Shown: positions 8,434 through 19,400 of the stretch, in pieces
How positions within the stretch are numbered: position 1 is the stretch's first letter
How the letters are laid out: every line of letters starts with the position of its first letter
Source: Haplodiscus bocki
Taxonomy: Eukaryota
Assembly: GCA_965655095.1 (NCBI GenBank)
Contig: OZ296649.1
Location: 144,336,001 to 144,400,000 of the forward strand
Length of the DNA stretch: 64,000 nucleotides
Reading direction: 5' to 3'
Made by a program: the position numbers and the translations under genes
Notes under the pieces: generated by a model
What the model was told of the DNA's origin: nothing
The model's input: only the letters and a program-made list of their open reading frames with translations
Databases searched by the model: none

Positions 8434-9720
8434 ATGAGCTTAGAAGACTTTCAAATATTATATAATGAACCATTTGATAATTCTATCATAAAAAGAGATT
8501 TTTTTAAAGTATACCATCAACAAGGTTCTCAATTAATTGATGCAGATCAAAATATTGAATTTATATTTGGCGAAAACAATAATTTTCATCAGCTCGGTAA
8601 TGCTTATCTCGAATTTGACATAACAGTAAGAGCTCTAAACGCCGCTGATGCTTTTGACGAAGACAGCCCCATAAGACTAACTAATAGCAGATTTGCTTGT
8701 GTGTTCCAAGAAGGAAGATTAAGCACTTCAACAACAGACCTCGAACATAATAAATACTTAGGACAAATTTCAACTATTATGAGATTAGTATCCAGTAGGG
8801 ATGGCGATTTGCTCTCACAATTTGATAATATTAATGAAGAAATAGGTGCTAATGACGCTGCAACATCAGATAATGTTCGACAAACTTCTCTGAACAAAAT
8901 GCTTATTACTAATCATGAAGCTGCTAATCGAAGTAAAATTAAAGGTCAACTTCCCTTGGAGCAAATATTTGGATTTTGTAAAACTTTCAAAAAGGTAACA
9001 AAAAATCTCGGATTTCGTATCACGTTTAAAACGGCAAATCTACAAGATATTATTTCAACAACAATTGCAGATGCTACTCCAGTAAATGTTACAATTAACA
9101 GTTTATATTTGTTTGTTCCTTTTCTAATACCAACTACTGAAACACAACTTTCGTTCAACGAATCTACTCAAAATAACTACCGAACATTTTTCGATGAATG
9201 GTATACAGAGCGTAGAATTGTAGCTGATCAGATCTTCCAAGTTGATATCGGAAGCGCTCAATCAGTCAATAGTCCTAAATATATGATTTGTGCCCATCAA
9301 ACAGAAGCCAGATCGGGATTACCTAATAAACGTAATATTTCAATATTTGATAATAATAATGTTAGAATATAATTTATCGAAATTGATGGACAGCGCTATC
9401 CACGCATTAGTGTTCTTACAAACTATGCTGAGAACGATTATATTGATCAATAAAGAAACTTAAAATTATTTTAAAAAGAATACAATAGAGAAGAACTATT
9501 GACTCCTTTTGTATCTTATACTGATGTGAAAAATAAAATTCCTATACAAGTAATTGATTTAAGGTTTCAAGCAGATCATAATACACCTAAGAAAATTCAA
9601 TTGTTTGAAGAATACAGAGCAGCACCAGCTAATGCTAGATTATATGTTATATTAATTAGACAAAGGGAAATAGAATTTATTTCAGATGGTAACAAATTGA
9701 TAGAAGTTAAAGTTGTATAA
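8434..9720 (+). pseudogene. Major capsid protein (double jelly roll), ~428 codons, three in-frame TAA stops
   Basis: One frame with stops at 9370, 9451 and 9472; motifs IEFIFG..AYLEFDI, LPLEQIFGFCKTFKK, IEIDGQRYP and PIQVIDLRFQ; size and position fit the Polinton MCP. Confidence 0.88.
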
Positions 9721-9729
9721 AAAGACAAT

Positions 9730-10133
9730 ATGAAAATTTTAAAATTTAGAGATTTTATGAAAAAATAAAAATTAAAAATGATACTATGAACGAATCTCAA
9801 TTACAGAAAATTTATAATTATCCTATATACCCAAGAGATTCTGAAATATATTCAGATAAAAGATTTGTAAATATAGATAATGGCTCTCAAGGTGGAACTC
9901 ATTGGACGGGTTTTATAGTAAAAGATAAAAAATCATATTATTTCGACTCATTTGGTGGTCAGCCAGATAAATTTCTATTGAGTCAATTATCAAAACCAAT
10001 AATATATCACAATTATAAAGTTCAGCATATCGATTCAAAATTATGTGGCTCATATTGTTTGTACTTTTTCTATTTGATTGAAAGGATGGATTATTACAGA
10101 GCTATATTAACATTTTATTTTCAGCAATTTTAA
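9730..10133 (+). CDS. Adenain-like cysteine protease (catalytic core 9786-10133 open, 5' part disrupted)
   Basis: GGTHW (His), YYFDSFG (Asp), VQH...LCGSYC (Gln/Cys). Confidence 0.9.
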
Positions 10134-10135
10134 AT

Positions 10136-11467
10136 TTGCCGATAATTGTATTTGGAAACTCTTCAAATAACTCTGATAACAAAATTGATACAAGTCTGTT
10201 TGTACATAAACTATATTTGAGAACTAATTATATAGAAAGTAATATAGAAGAAGACATTGACTTAAAAAATCAATATAGAATTAAAAATTTACCTGATCCT
10301 ATTAGCATACGAGAAGCTTGGAGTAAAATTTATGCTGATACTTTATTCAACGATCCTAGTATAGTGAAAAACACTGAACATATTGATCTGAACGATAGAA
10401 GTATTACTAATGCTAGATTTATTCAAGTTAATCAATTACCCCAAATAGCTTCTCATCAAACAGCAAAGCTATATGTCGATAATGCTATAGATGATACTTC
10501 ATTCTTGAGATTAGATCCTGATGGAGCGCTAGATCTAGATAATCAAGATTCTATAATTTTAAATTCTACTCTAACAGAACCAAAGACGATAATAGAGATA
10601 CCAACAAAAACTTATATTGATAGCTTACATGAAGAAAATGAGCGATCAAGAAGAGATTTAGGTATAGATTTTTATGATGAATCAAGTGATTTAGTTAAAA
10701 ATAATCAAGATAATAATTTCAATGATAACAAATTAACAAATATTATTTCTATTACACTAAAGAACAATCCATCTGATAACAACCACGTTAGTAACAAAAA
10801 ATATATTGACGATGAATTAGATAAAAATACTATTGTAATATTTAATCAAACGCCAGCAGATTATCTCAAAGTATCTGTTGGAAATGATACATTTAAAATT
10901 ACTAAATATGACAAAATACAATTGACTGATACAACAGTTATGAAATCTGGAAATACCAGCGGTTATCTCTTACCATATTGGAAAATTATTTGTAACGATA
11001 AGAATGGTAATGGTAAAATACAAAACTTTATAAAATCAACAAAATCAAATTTTCCAACAGGATCAAGCGGGCCTACATCCCTACCACCCATCGGTACTGC
11101 ATTCAAGTTTATCGAGACTAGTTCAAATAATTCCGGTAGTAATAATTTGTTTGTGATTTGGGAGAGAACAGATATTATCCGAATTACCAATATAACATTC
11201 TATTATAACAGATTTTCAACATCTGATTCTAATTTACGTGGGATGGGTAAATTTAGGACACAGTTATTATTAGAAGATAATACTTGGAGTGATCAATATA
11301 CTATCGCTAAAAATACTCAATATATTGATAAATCAACTGAATGGACTTTATTAAATTTAGATTTTACTGTAAAAAATTATGGAATTAAATTAATTTACGA
11401 TCAAATTGATGCAGCTCACGCCGATATGTGTTTTAGTAATATAACAATAACACATTCTGTATTTTAA
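10136..11467 (+). CDS. Putative fibre/spike protein: repeated stalk motifs plus C-terminal MAM-like domain
   Basis: 443-codon open frame (TTG start in TAAAT context). Repeats SKIYAD, AKLYVD, TKTYID, NKKYID. C-terminus TG..GP...G.AFKFIETSS...ITFYY...MGK...W..L.L...ADMCFSNITI. Confidence 0.7.
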   Translation: MPIIVFGNSSNNSDNKIDTSLFVHKLYLRTNYIESNIEEDIDLKNQYRIKNLPDPISIREAWSKIYADTLFNDPSIVKNTEHIDLNDRSITNARFIQVNQLPQIASHQTAKLYVDNAIDDTSFLRLDPDGALDLDNQDSIILNSTLTEPKTIIEIPTKTYIDSLHEENERSRRDLGIDFYDESSDLVKNNQDNNFNDNKLTNIISITLKNNPSDNNHVSNKKYIDDELDKNTIVIFNQTPADYLKVSVGNDTFKITKYDKIQLTDTTVMKSGNTSGYLLPYWKIICNDKNGNGKIQNFIKSTKSNFPTGSSGPTSLPPIGTAFKFIETSSNNSGSNNLFVIWERTDIIRITNITFYYNRFSTSDSNLRGMGKFRTQLLLEDNTWSDQYTIAKNTQYIDKSTEWTLLNLDFTVKNYGIKLIYDQIDAAHADMCFSNITITHSVF

Positions 11468-11468
11468 A

Positions 11469-11608
11469 AACTCATATAATTGTATGTATACCTAAGTATA
11501 TGTACTCATATAATTATACAATCACCTAATTTCTATGATTGTATATTTACTTGTTTATTTGTAAGTATACCTAAGTATAAGTACTCATAAATTTGTGAAT
11601 ATCTATAT
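11469..11608 (-). repeat. Polinton-internal repeat, inverted copy
   Basis: Reverse complement starts ATATAGATATTCACAAATTTATGAGTAC and ends GGTATACATACAATTATATGAGTTT. Confidence 0.85.
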
Positions 11609-11613
11609 TTTAA

Positions 11614-11856
11614 ATGGATAATGTAAATTATTTTAAAGATTTATTGGAATCAATACCAGATTATAAGAAGATTGTCTTATTAATGTTCCTAATTAAAAAT
11701 GATGTTAATTTTTTATACGAATGTGGATTTTTAAAAGGTGATATTAACTTTCTATATAAAGAATTTAAACTTATTTTACTTGAATTGAATGAAAATTACT
11801 TAGATTATATTAAAAACGAGGAGGAAGGGATAACTGAAAAGATTTTAGATAGGTAA
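11614..11856 (+). CDS. Hypothetical 80-aa protein
   Basis: Intact ORF, TAAATG start. Confidence 0.7.
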   Translation: MDNVNYFKDLLESIPDYKKIVLLMFLIKNDVNFLYECGFLKGDINFLYKEFKLILLELNENYLDYIKNEEEGITEKILDR

Positions 11857-12084
11857 ATGGAAGCTTATTTTGCTACGATTTTTGAAGATGTTAGACAAGA
11901 ACGATCGTTGATATTATTATTATCACTAACAGATCCAGATATATTGAAGCAATCCAAATTTACTGATGATGAGGTAAATATAATAAAAAGTTTAGCTCTA
12001 GAAAAACTTTACAGACAGAGAATACTAAAAGAGCATGTCGCAATGGATTTGTTAGAAAAACAATTTTCAGATCAATCAATATAG
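11857..12084 (+). CDS. Hypothetical 75-aa protein, possible distant paralog of the preceding ORF
   Basis: Intact, abuts the previous stop; DILKQSKFTDDEVN vs NFLYECGFLKGDIN. Confidence 0.65.
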   Translation: MEAYFATIFEDVRQERSLILLLSLTDPDILKQSKFTDDEVNIIKSLALEKLYRQRILKEHVAMDLLEKQFSDQSI

Positions 12085-12101
12085 ATACCTTTTTTTAATA
12101 A

Positions 12102-12714
12102 ATGACGACTTATCCAAATTTATATAATGAACCAGAATTGTTAAAAATAAAAACACGGGATGACGAAATTAAAAATTTAAAATATCAAACTGAAAAACAT
12201 GATCATGAGAATATATTGAAATCTCTAAAAATTGATAATGAATATTATAAGAGAAGTATAAAAGTTTAAATAAAGAAAGATATTGTTAATTATTACAGAA
12301 ATCTTCATTGGATCAGGATCAGCAATAAGTTCATCAACATTGGGGTTAATCAATCCTGGTGCGGGTAATATTATTTCAAGAAGTACAGCTCTATTAACTA
12401 GTATAGCTATCCTAATCACTATCGAAAACATATCAAAAATAAAGATACGATATACTAAATTACGTGATTGGATTAATGTTATTACACTTCTATATGAGAA
12501 AACTTTAAAACAATCAATGGTTGATAAGAAAATTTATGAAAAAGAAGCTGATGATTTGAAAAAGGTTTAAAATCATTATCTTGATGATAGAAAAGAAATT
12601 ATGAAGAATACACAATTCAAAGCCGCAGACTTTTTCGGTGATGTTTTAAAAAAAGATAATTTTAGTCAAGAACAAATAACTAAAATAAATAATTTTTTAG
12701 CCAAAATAATGTGA
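12102..12714 (+). pseudogene. Coiled-coil protein with hydrophobic two-helix hairpin (putative membrane protein), disrupted
   Basis: MTTYPNL... (frameshift) ILLIITEIFIGSGSAISSSTLGLINPGAGNIISRSTALLTSIAILIT... with an in-frame TAA at 12568. Confidence 0.7.
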
Positions 12715-12820
12715 ATATAAATATAAGTATTAAATTTAATTTTTTTAAAAAAAAGAAAGGATAAAATAACAAATTTTGAAGCGAGTGCTCCTCCCGAATA
12801 ATCAGATTTTTAATAATTAA

Positions 12821-12985
12821 ATGACAAAGACTTGGTGTGTTGGTGGAAGACATAAAAGCAATACAAATAATATTATTGAATAAGAAAAAGTGAACCCCAA
12901 GACTAAAAAACTTAAAATTATAAAAGGGACTTGTAGTATTTGCGGTCGTAATAAATCACAAATTTTTACTAAGATATATGAATAG
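12821..12985 (+). pseudogene. Small zinc-ribbon-like protein (DUF5679-like), one stop
   Basis: MTKTWCVGGRH...E*EKVNPKTKKLKIIKGTCSICGRNKSQIF; TAAATG start. Confidence 0.6.
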
Positions 12986-13408
12986 AGCACAAAATTTTAT
13001 CCAAAAAGGTAAATGCAAAAAAAATCATTGTTCATCTATGTCAAATTCAGCATGGACTGACTTAAATAGTAAAGGTAAAATACTCAAGCTACATGACATA
13101 TGTCCGAACCCTAAATGTGGTCGTCAGAAAAATATTACCTTCACACCACATCATTATATGCTTGAGGGAGGATCAATTAAGAGTAAACAAGAAAAAAATT
13201 TCAGAGGTACGAAAAAAGCATGGGATAGTTTTTTAAGCCAGGTTTGAAAATGGCTACACCTCTGATATCAGCTGCTGTGGCCGCGAAAACGAAGAAACCA
13301 CAGTCAGCTCAAGTTACGAATAGTATTTTAAAATCCTTAACAGGAGGTAAAATTTTGAGTCTCACTGATATGCACTCAGGTACTGGTCTCAGATTGCGAG
13401 TTATGTAA
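12978..13408 (+). pseudogene. Putative protease-processed core/membrane-lytic precursor, one frameshift
   Basis: LEGG/SIKSKQEKNFRGTKKAWDSF(L)KPGLKMATPLISAAVAAK...LTGG/KILSL...: adenain-type sites followed by a cationic amphipathic helix. Confidence 0.6.
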
Positions 13409-13437
13409 GATCATTTCAAATATAGTTAGCTAAGTAA

Positions 13438-14074
13438 ATGAGTAATTGTATTAAACATTTACATGATTTTGTTTTAATTAAAAAAGGTTGTGGATGTGGA
13501 ATTATGTCTTTAATGAGTAATTTTCATAGAGATAGAACAAAGAAAGATGGTTATAGACCACATTGTAAAATTTGCTGTAAGAAGTATTATCATGATAATC
13601 AGAATAGAATACTAATCAATCATAAAAAATATAAAAAATAAAATCGAGAAAAAATAAATATATATGAGAAAAATAAAAGAAAAACAGATTTAAACTTCAA
13701 AATAGCTTGTAATTTACGGTCAAGAACATCATCAGCTTTCGAATCTCAGAATGTTAGAAAAACAAATAAAACTTCTGATTTACTAGGATGTTCTCAATCA
13801 TTTTGTAAAAGATTATTCATCAACTATATGGTGATATGACTGATAAGAAAATTATGGTTAAATTTGGTGTTTAGACCATTGTCTCCCTCTTTCGAAAACT
13901 AACTTATCTAATGAAAACGATATGTATAAATCTACAAATTGGATTAATTTAAAGCCTATGTACGTAAAAGATAATATTATTGAAGGTGATGAAATTGATT
14001 ATCATCTATATCTATTACAATGAATAAAGGAGCATTATTTCCAGAGATTAAATAGTCAAGAGGGACTTAGCTAA
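13438..14074 (+). pseudogene. HNH/EndoVII-like endonuclease of the type common in large DNA viruses, disrupted
   Basis: FHRDRTKKDGYRPHCKIC; DLNFKIACNLRSR; DLLGCS; NYG..WCLDHCLPLS; NWINLKPMYVKDN. Confidence 0.75.
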
Positions 14075-14922
14075 AATCTTTTTTGATGAAATTTATAGTA
14101 AGCCACCTCATAAGAATTATGAAACAAGTAAGACAATAATCAAATCTATTGATGATACCTGGTCCTCAGATTTATTAGATATGAATGATTATGGTATTAA
14201 AAATAATAAAGGTTATAAATATATTTTAGTAGTAGTCGATAATTTCAGTAAATTTGGTTGGACAATACCTGTGAAGAATAAATACGCTCAATCAATAACA
14301 GATGCTTTTTCACATATTAGTGAAACAACAAAACGTAAACCAAATCTACTCGAAATGATGATGGTAAGGAATATGTGAATAAAAGTTTCAACGAATTTTT
14401 AATTAATCATAACTTTAAAAGGTATTCTAGAAATACAGCCCTAGGAGCAGTTTTCGCATAACGATTTCAAAAGAACCATATGTAATCTCTTGAAAAAGCA
14501 AGTGTTTGAAAAAGGAAAGGCTGATTGGTTAAGTGAACTTCCTTCTGTTATTAAACAATATAATAATACAATCCACAGCTCTATAAAAATGACTCCTCTT
14601 CAAGCTAGTAAAAAATTAAATGAAAGAAAAGTCTATTCAACTCTCAGAGATGACGTAGTGAAACAAAAACCAAGATACAGATTAGGTCGATTAGTTCGTA
14701 CAGCTGATATTAAACGAGTTTTTAGTAAAGGTGATTCGACAAATTATAGTTATAAGTTATACACAATAACTGAAGTCATTCATGACACTATACCCTCATA
14801 CAGAACCGACTATTTACCCGAGAGATATAATGAAAATTTATTATCTTCCTACTAAACTATCTCGTGAACAAAATAATGAAGTTATGAAGAAACTAAATTT
14901 AATTCAGTCATATAAAACCTAA
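14052..14922 (+). pseudogene. Retroviral-type (rve, DDE) integrase, no recognisable chromodomain, frameshifted
   Basis: WSSDLLDM, YKYILVVVDNFSKFGW, (T)DDGKEY, A*RF (catalytic Glu now TAA at 14459), YNNTIHSSIKMTP, FSKG..NYS; start ATA in TAAATA context. Confidence 0.93.
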
Positions 14923-14925
14923 TAA

Positions 14926-15443
14926 ATGGAATTAACAGAAGATGAAATTATTGAAAAATATGGAAAACACTGCGGCATTGTAATAGAAATACTCTCTTAC
15001 CCTACGAATAAGAATTTACTTGTTTCTCATGTGGATTCAACGTAAACAAACGAAATCATGAACTCTCTAAAACACAAAGAAAAAAAATAAATTTTATCAA
15101 TCGATTGAAGTATGCTGAACAGAAAATACTTTGTATTTGTATAGATTTATTTATGATATATGATGGTAAGGATTATGATGAAATATATAAAGTTTTATCA
15201 ACATTAAAAAATAAAAAACTAAAAATGAACAATACTTTAATTGAGATATACAAAGACATGTTAAAAAATTCTGAATTCGAACAAGATTTTTGGTCAAGAA
15301 CAGCAACTGGTATTTACAAAATTGGCCATGATAGTATCCGATTGATGAAGTGGATTTGTTAATATGATAGGTCATATTATGAAAAAATAAAATATTATGA
15401 TTTAATGGGATCTGTTTGTAGATATATTATTGAGATCACATAA
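14926..15443 (+). pseudogene. Zinc-ribbon protein, paralog A
   Basis: HC(G)HC...FTCFSCGFNVNKRNH...NFINRLKYAEQKI...SRTATGIYK; frameshift and stops. Confidence 0.65.
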
Positions 15444-15579
15444 TTACTCTTATACGAATATTGATCATTATTATATTTGTAGGAATAAGTTATCTTCTTC
15501 CTAATTGCTATTGATTAATATAATATAAATACATGTATTCATATATTCTTATAATCGTAAGTATTTAAATTTTATTTGA

Positions 15580-16248
15580 ATGAAATATCTAAACGGTGAA
15601 TATTATGTAGAAGTAAAGGATCACAGATATAAAATCCATCCAACTGAAAATATAATATTAGGACTTAGAGATGAACCAAAATCTCTCAGAACTCGAAATC
15701 AAGTTCAAAATGAGACTCAGATTAGAAGAAATCAAAAAGTTATTAAGAACATTAAGAACGATAACGATCAATTAATATTGAAAAATTATCCCAAAAATAA
15801 ACAGCCAGTTATTCAACCACAATACCCAATTTGTCCATCCTGCAAACAAAATAATTAGTTAGAATTTGATAAAGGTTACTATTGCAAAAACTGCGAATAT
15901 ATTATTAACAAGCAGAAACATCAGATAGATAAAAATGTTCTTAGACAAAAATGAAATTTTTCAACTAGATTAAATTATGCTAATAAAAAGATTAGAGAAA
16001 TATATATAAAAATGGTTATTACTACTTATAATTTATCAGACGATATGAATAATACATTACAAAGCTTAAAAGGTAAAACAAAATTATAATTTTATAAAAT
16101 TATAAACAAATATTATACTGAAATGAAAAATTAAAATTTTCAAACTCATCATGAAGATCGTTTTTCTAGAAACGCACAAGGTATAATTAAAAATTATCAT
16201 GGAGTACTATTGTTAATGAAATTTTTACAGACTAATGCCACAGATTAA
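15580..16248 (+). pseudogene. Zinc-ribbon protein, paralog B
   Basis: CPSC...YYCKNCEYIINKQKH...NFSTRLNYANKKI...SRNAQGIIK; in-frame stops. Confidence 0.65.
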
Positions 16249-16493
16249 TTTTATGAATGCTGATTATATGATTTATATTAATTATACTGTATTAAAACTA
16301 GAGACGGAAACGGGGATATAGAAAATCAAGATGAAAATGACGAGAATGATTACATTAATTTTAACGATATTATTACTCCTAATCATCATGCTGGAATTAA
16401 ACCCTGTGAGACAATTTTAAGGTAGGTGGAGAAATTTGAGATCTTGAATAAATCATTTCAAGTAATTCTTACTATATATATAGAGACGCAAAA

Positions 16494-19400
16494 ATGAATA
16501 GCCGCAAATGTGAGATTTGTATTGTTGATGTTCATAGAGCATCTTATATTAAACACTTAAGGATTAAAAAACACTTGGTAAATATGAAAAAGAATGAAAT
16601 GATTATACCAGAATGGTTATTCCAAGAACCTGTTGAAAAAAAGATTAATAAAATATATAATCCTAGATCATTAAAACAAATAGCACGAGATAACATTAGA
16701 TTAGATGACAGACAATTAAATAGAGAGTTAGCTAAAAAGATGATTAATCATTATTATTTTACTGATAGAAGTTTGAAAGTTGCATATAAAACTAATCTAG
16801 ATAGTCATAATCTTCATCATACAAATTCCAAATACTATCACACCTACTTTTCAAGAATTTGGGATAGAATTTGAGATTTATCAATAAAAATATGAAAGAA
16901 TTATCTATTATTTATGCTAGATTAACAAATCAGTATAAATTCAAATATCAAACGGTGTTTTCAGCAAGATTTGATCAACAAGATGAAGATGGCTAATTAT
17001 TAGATGAAACTGAATTATTCATTAATTTAAAAATTAATCATAATTTAACACAAAGTGATCTTGATAAAATTGATATTAGATCTCCATTAGAATACCAAAT
17101 TCAACAACAAGAAATGAAAGATTCTGGATGGAGATTTGATAAATTTTATTCAATAACAATATATTTTTATAAAACTACTGAAATGAATGGTTCAAATTAT
17201 GTTAAAAATCCTCTGAGATCAAACGCTATCTTGAATATCGAAAATATTGAAAAAAATTTTGTTTCTTGTGGTCTATATTAGCTTTTTTACATCCTTGTAA
17301 TAATAATCATCCTAATAGAGTTTCAAATTATAGACAATATTTTAATGAATTAAACGTTCAAGGTTTCGGTTTTAGTAAAGGATTCAGATGTAGTGATGTC
17401 CACAAATTTAATGAATTGAATAAATTATCTGTTAATATATTTGAGCTAAATTTTCATGAAGAACAGATTCAATGGAAACATAAATTATTACCTATTGAGA
17501 TTAGTAAAAATGATTCAGATAGAGTTATTGATTTAGCAATTTACAAAAATCATTATGTACTCATTAAAAAGTTAGATATATTTTTAGGAGATCATAACAA
17601 AAAATTTATTTGTAGACAATGCTTGAGTTCATATACAAGCAAAAATTTGTTAATGAAACGTAAAGAAAAATGTGGTGATGATAAAATAACTGTTATCAAA
17701 ACTTCAAATGAATCGCATCTACATTGGAAAAAAACATTTTCATAAAAATCCATTATATTTTAGAGTATATGCTGATGTTGAAGCTGATAATGAAAAAGAT
17801 AATTCTATTATAGGTAATAAAACAACTATCATTTATAAACAAAATCCAGTACTTAATGGTTATCATATAGTATCTGAATTGGAAGATGTTTTAAAAAGTG
17901 AATATTACAAATCTCCTTTAGGATATATTAATGTAGATTGGTTTGTCGATGAGGTTATAAAATTAGAAAATAAGATGGCCTTCTATTTTAAAAATACTAA
18001 CAAAGATATCATTATGAGAGAAGAAGATGAAGAAGTTTTTATAAATACTAACATTTGTCGATTTTGTGAAAAAAATATTGAATCTGATAAAGTTAGAGAT
18101 CATTGTCAATTAACTGGTGAATATAGGGGTCCAGCTCATAGTATTGGTAATATTAATGTTACTCAAGATCAAAGTTATTTTATACCATTTATATTTCACA
18201 ATTTTAGTAACTATGAATGTCATATGTTTTTTAAAAAATTGGTTGATAAAAAAAATAATAAAGTAAAGTTTGATATTATACCTAAAACGAATGAAGAGAA
18301 TATATCTGTGACTTATGGTTGTATTAGATTTATAGATAGTTATCGATTTTTATCGAGTGGATTGGATTCACTAGTTAAAACATTAGTTGATAATAGTCAT
18401 AAAACATTGAAAAATTTGAAAAAAGAGATTGTTGGTAGTGATGAAATATTGAATTTTGTTAATAAAATAGAAGAAAATTATCCAGAAGAAATTGAAAAAT
18501 TAGAAGAAGATGATAGGACTATTAAAACTTTAAAAAAATTTTATCCAGAAGAAATTGAAAATTTAGAAGAAGCTTTACTTAATTATATAGGTGAAAGTGA
18601 TCTTAAAATATTAAAAACAGGGTTTCCTGATATGTGGAAATATTTAACTAAAAAATTGGCAAACCCATATGAATATTTTAATAAGATTGATGATTATCAA
18701 AAACCTGTTGATAATTTGAAGAAAGAAGACTTCTTCAGTAAACTAAAAGACAAATGTCCTGATGATGAAGAAATAGAACGAACAAAGGAAATTATTAAGG
18801 AATTCAATACTAGAAACGGTGAAGAATTAACGGAAATTTATTTGAAAAGTGATGTACTTTTGCTTACATGTGTGATTGAGAAAATTATAAAAGTATCTTT
18901 TAATGAATTTGATATCAATCCACTATATTGTGTTAGCTTACCAGGTTATACTTGGCAGTGTGGTTTGAAATATACAGGAATAAACTTACAAACACTTCAA
19001 GATAAAGATATGACATTGTTATTAGAAAAAAATATCCGTGGTGGTTTAAGTAGTGTTATGGGTGATACATATATACAATCAGATGAAAATAAAAAGATAT
19101 TATATATAGATGCTAATAATTTATATGGTCATTCAATGTCTGAATCATTACCTAATGATGAAATTAAATTTGATAATAATGTTAATTTAGAAGATACAAT
19201 AAATACTCCTGATGATAGTGATATCGGATATTTCGCCGAAGTTAATTTAGAATACCCAGATAATACAAAAGAGAAAACAAAGTCTTTCCCGTTTGCTTCT
19301 GTGAATAAAAAAGTTAATCCTAATAAATTTAGTGATTATATGAAGGAAATTAAACTTGATACTTATATTCAAACTAAAAAACTGATATGTGATTGGTCTG

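Noticed and set aside
9370-9474. Alternative genetic code (TAA=Tyr) in the Polinton, suggested by TAA at Tyr-like positions
   Set aside because: True gene ends also use TAA, other TAAs replace Glu, Gln or Ser (e.g. the integrase catalytic Glu at 14459), and there are many frameshifts; mutational decay explains it better.
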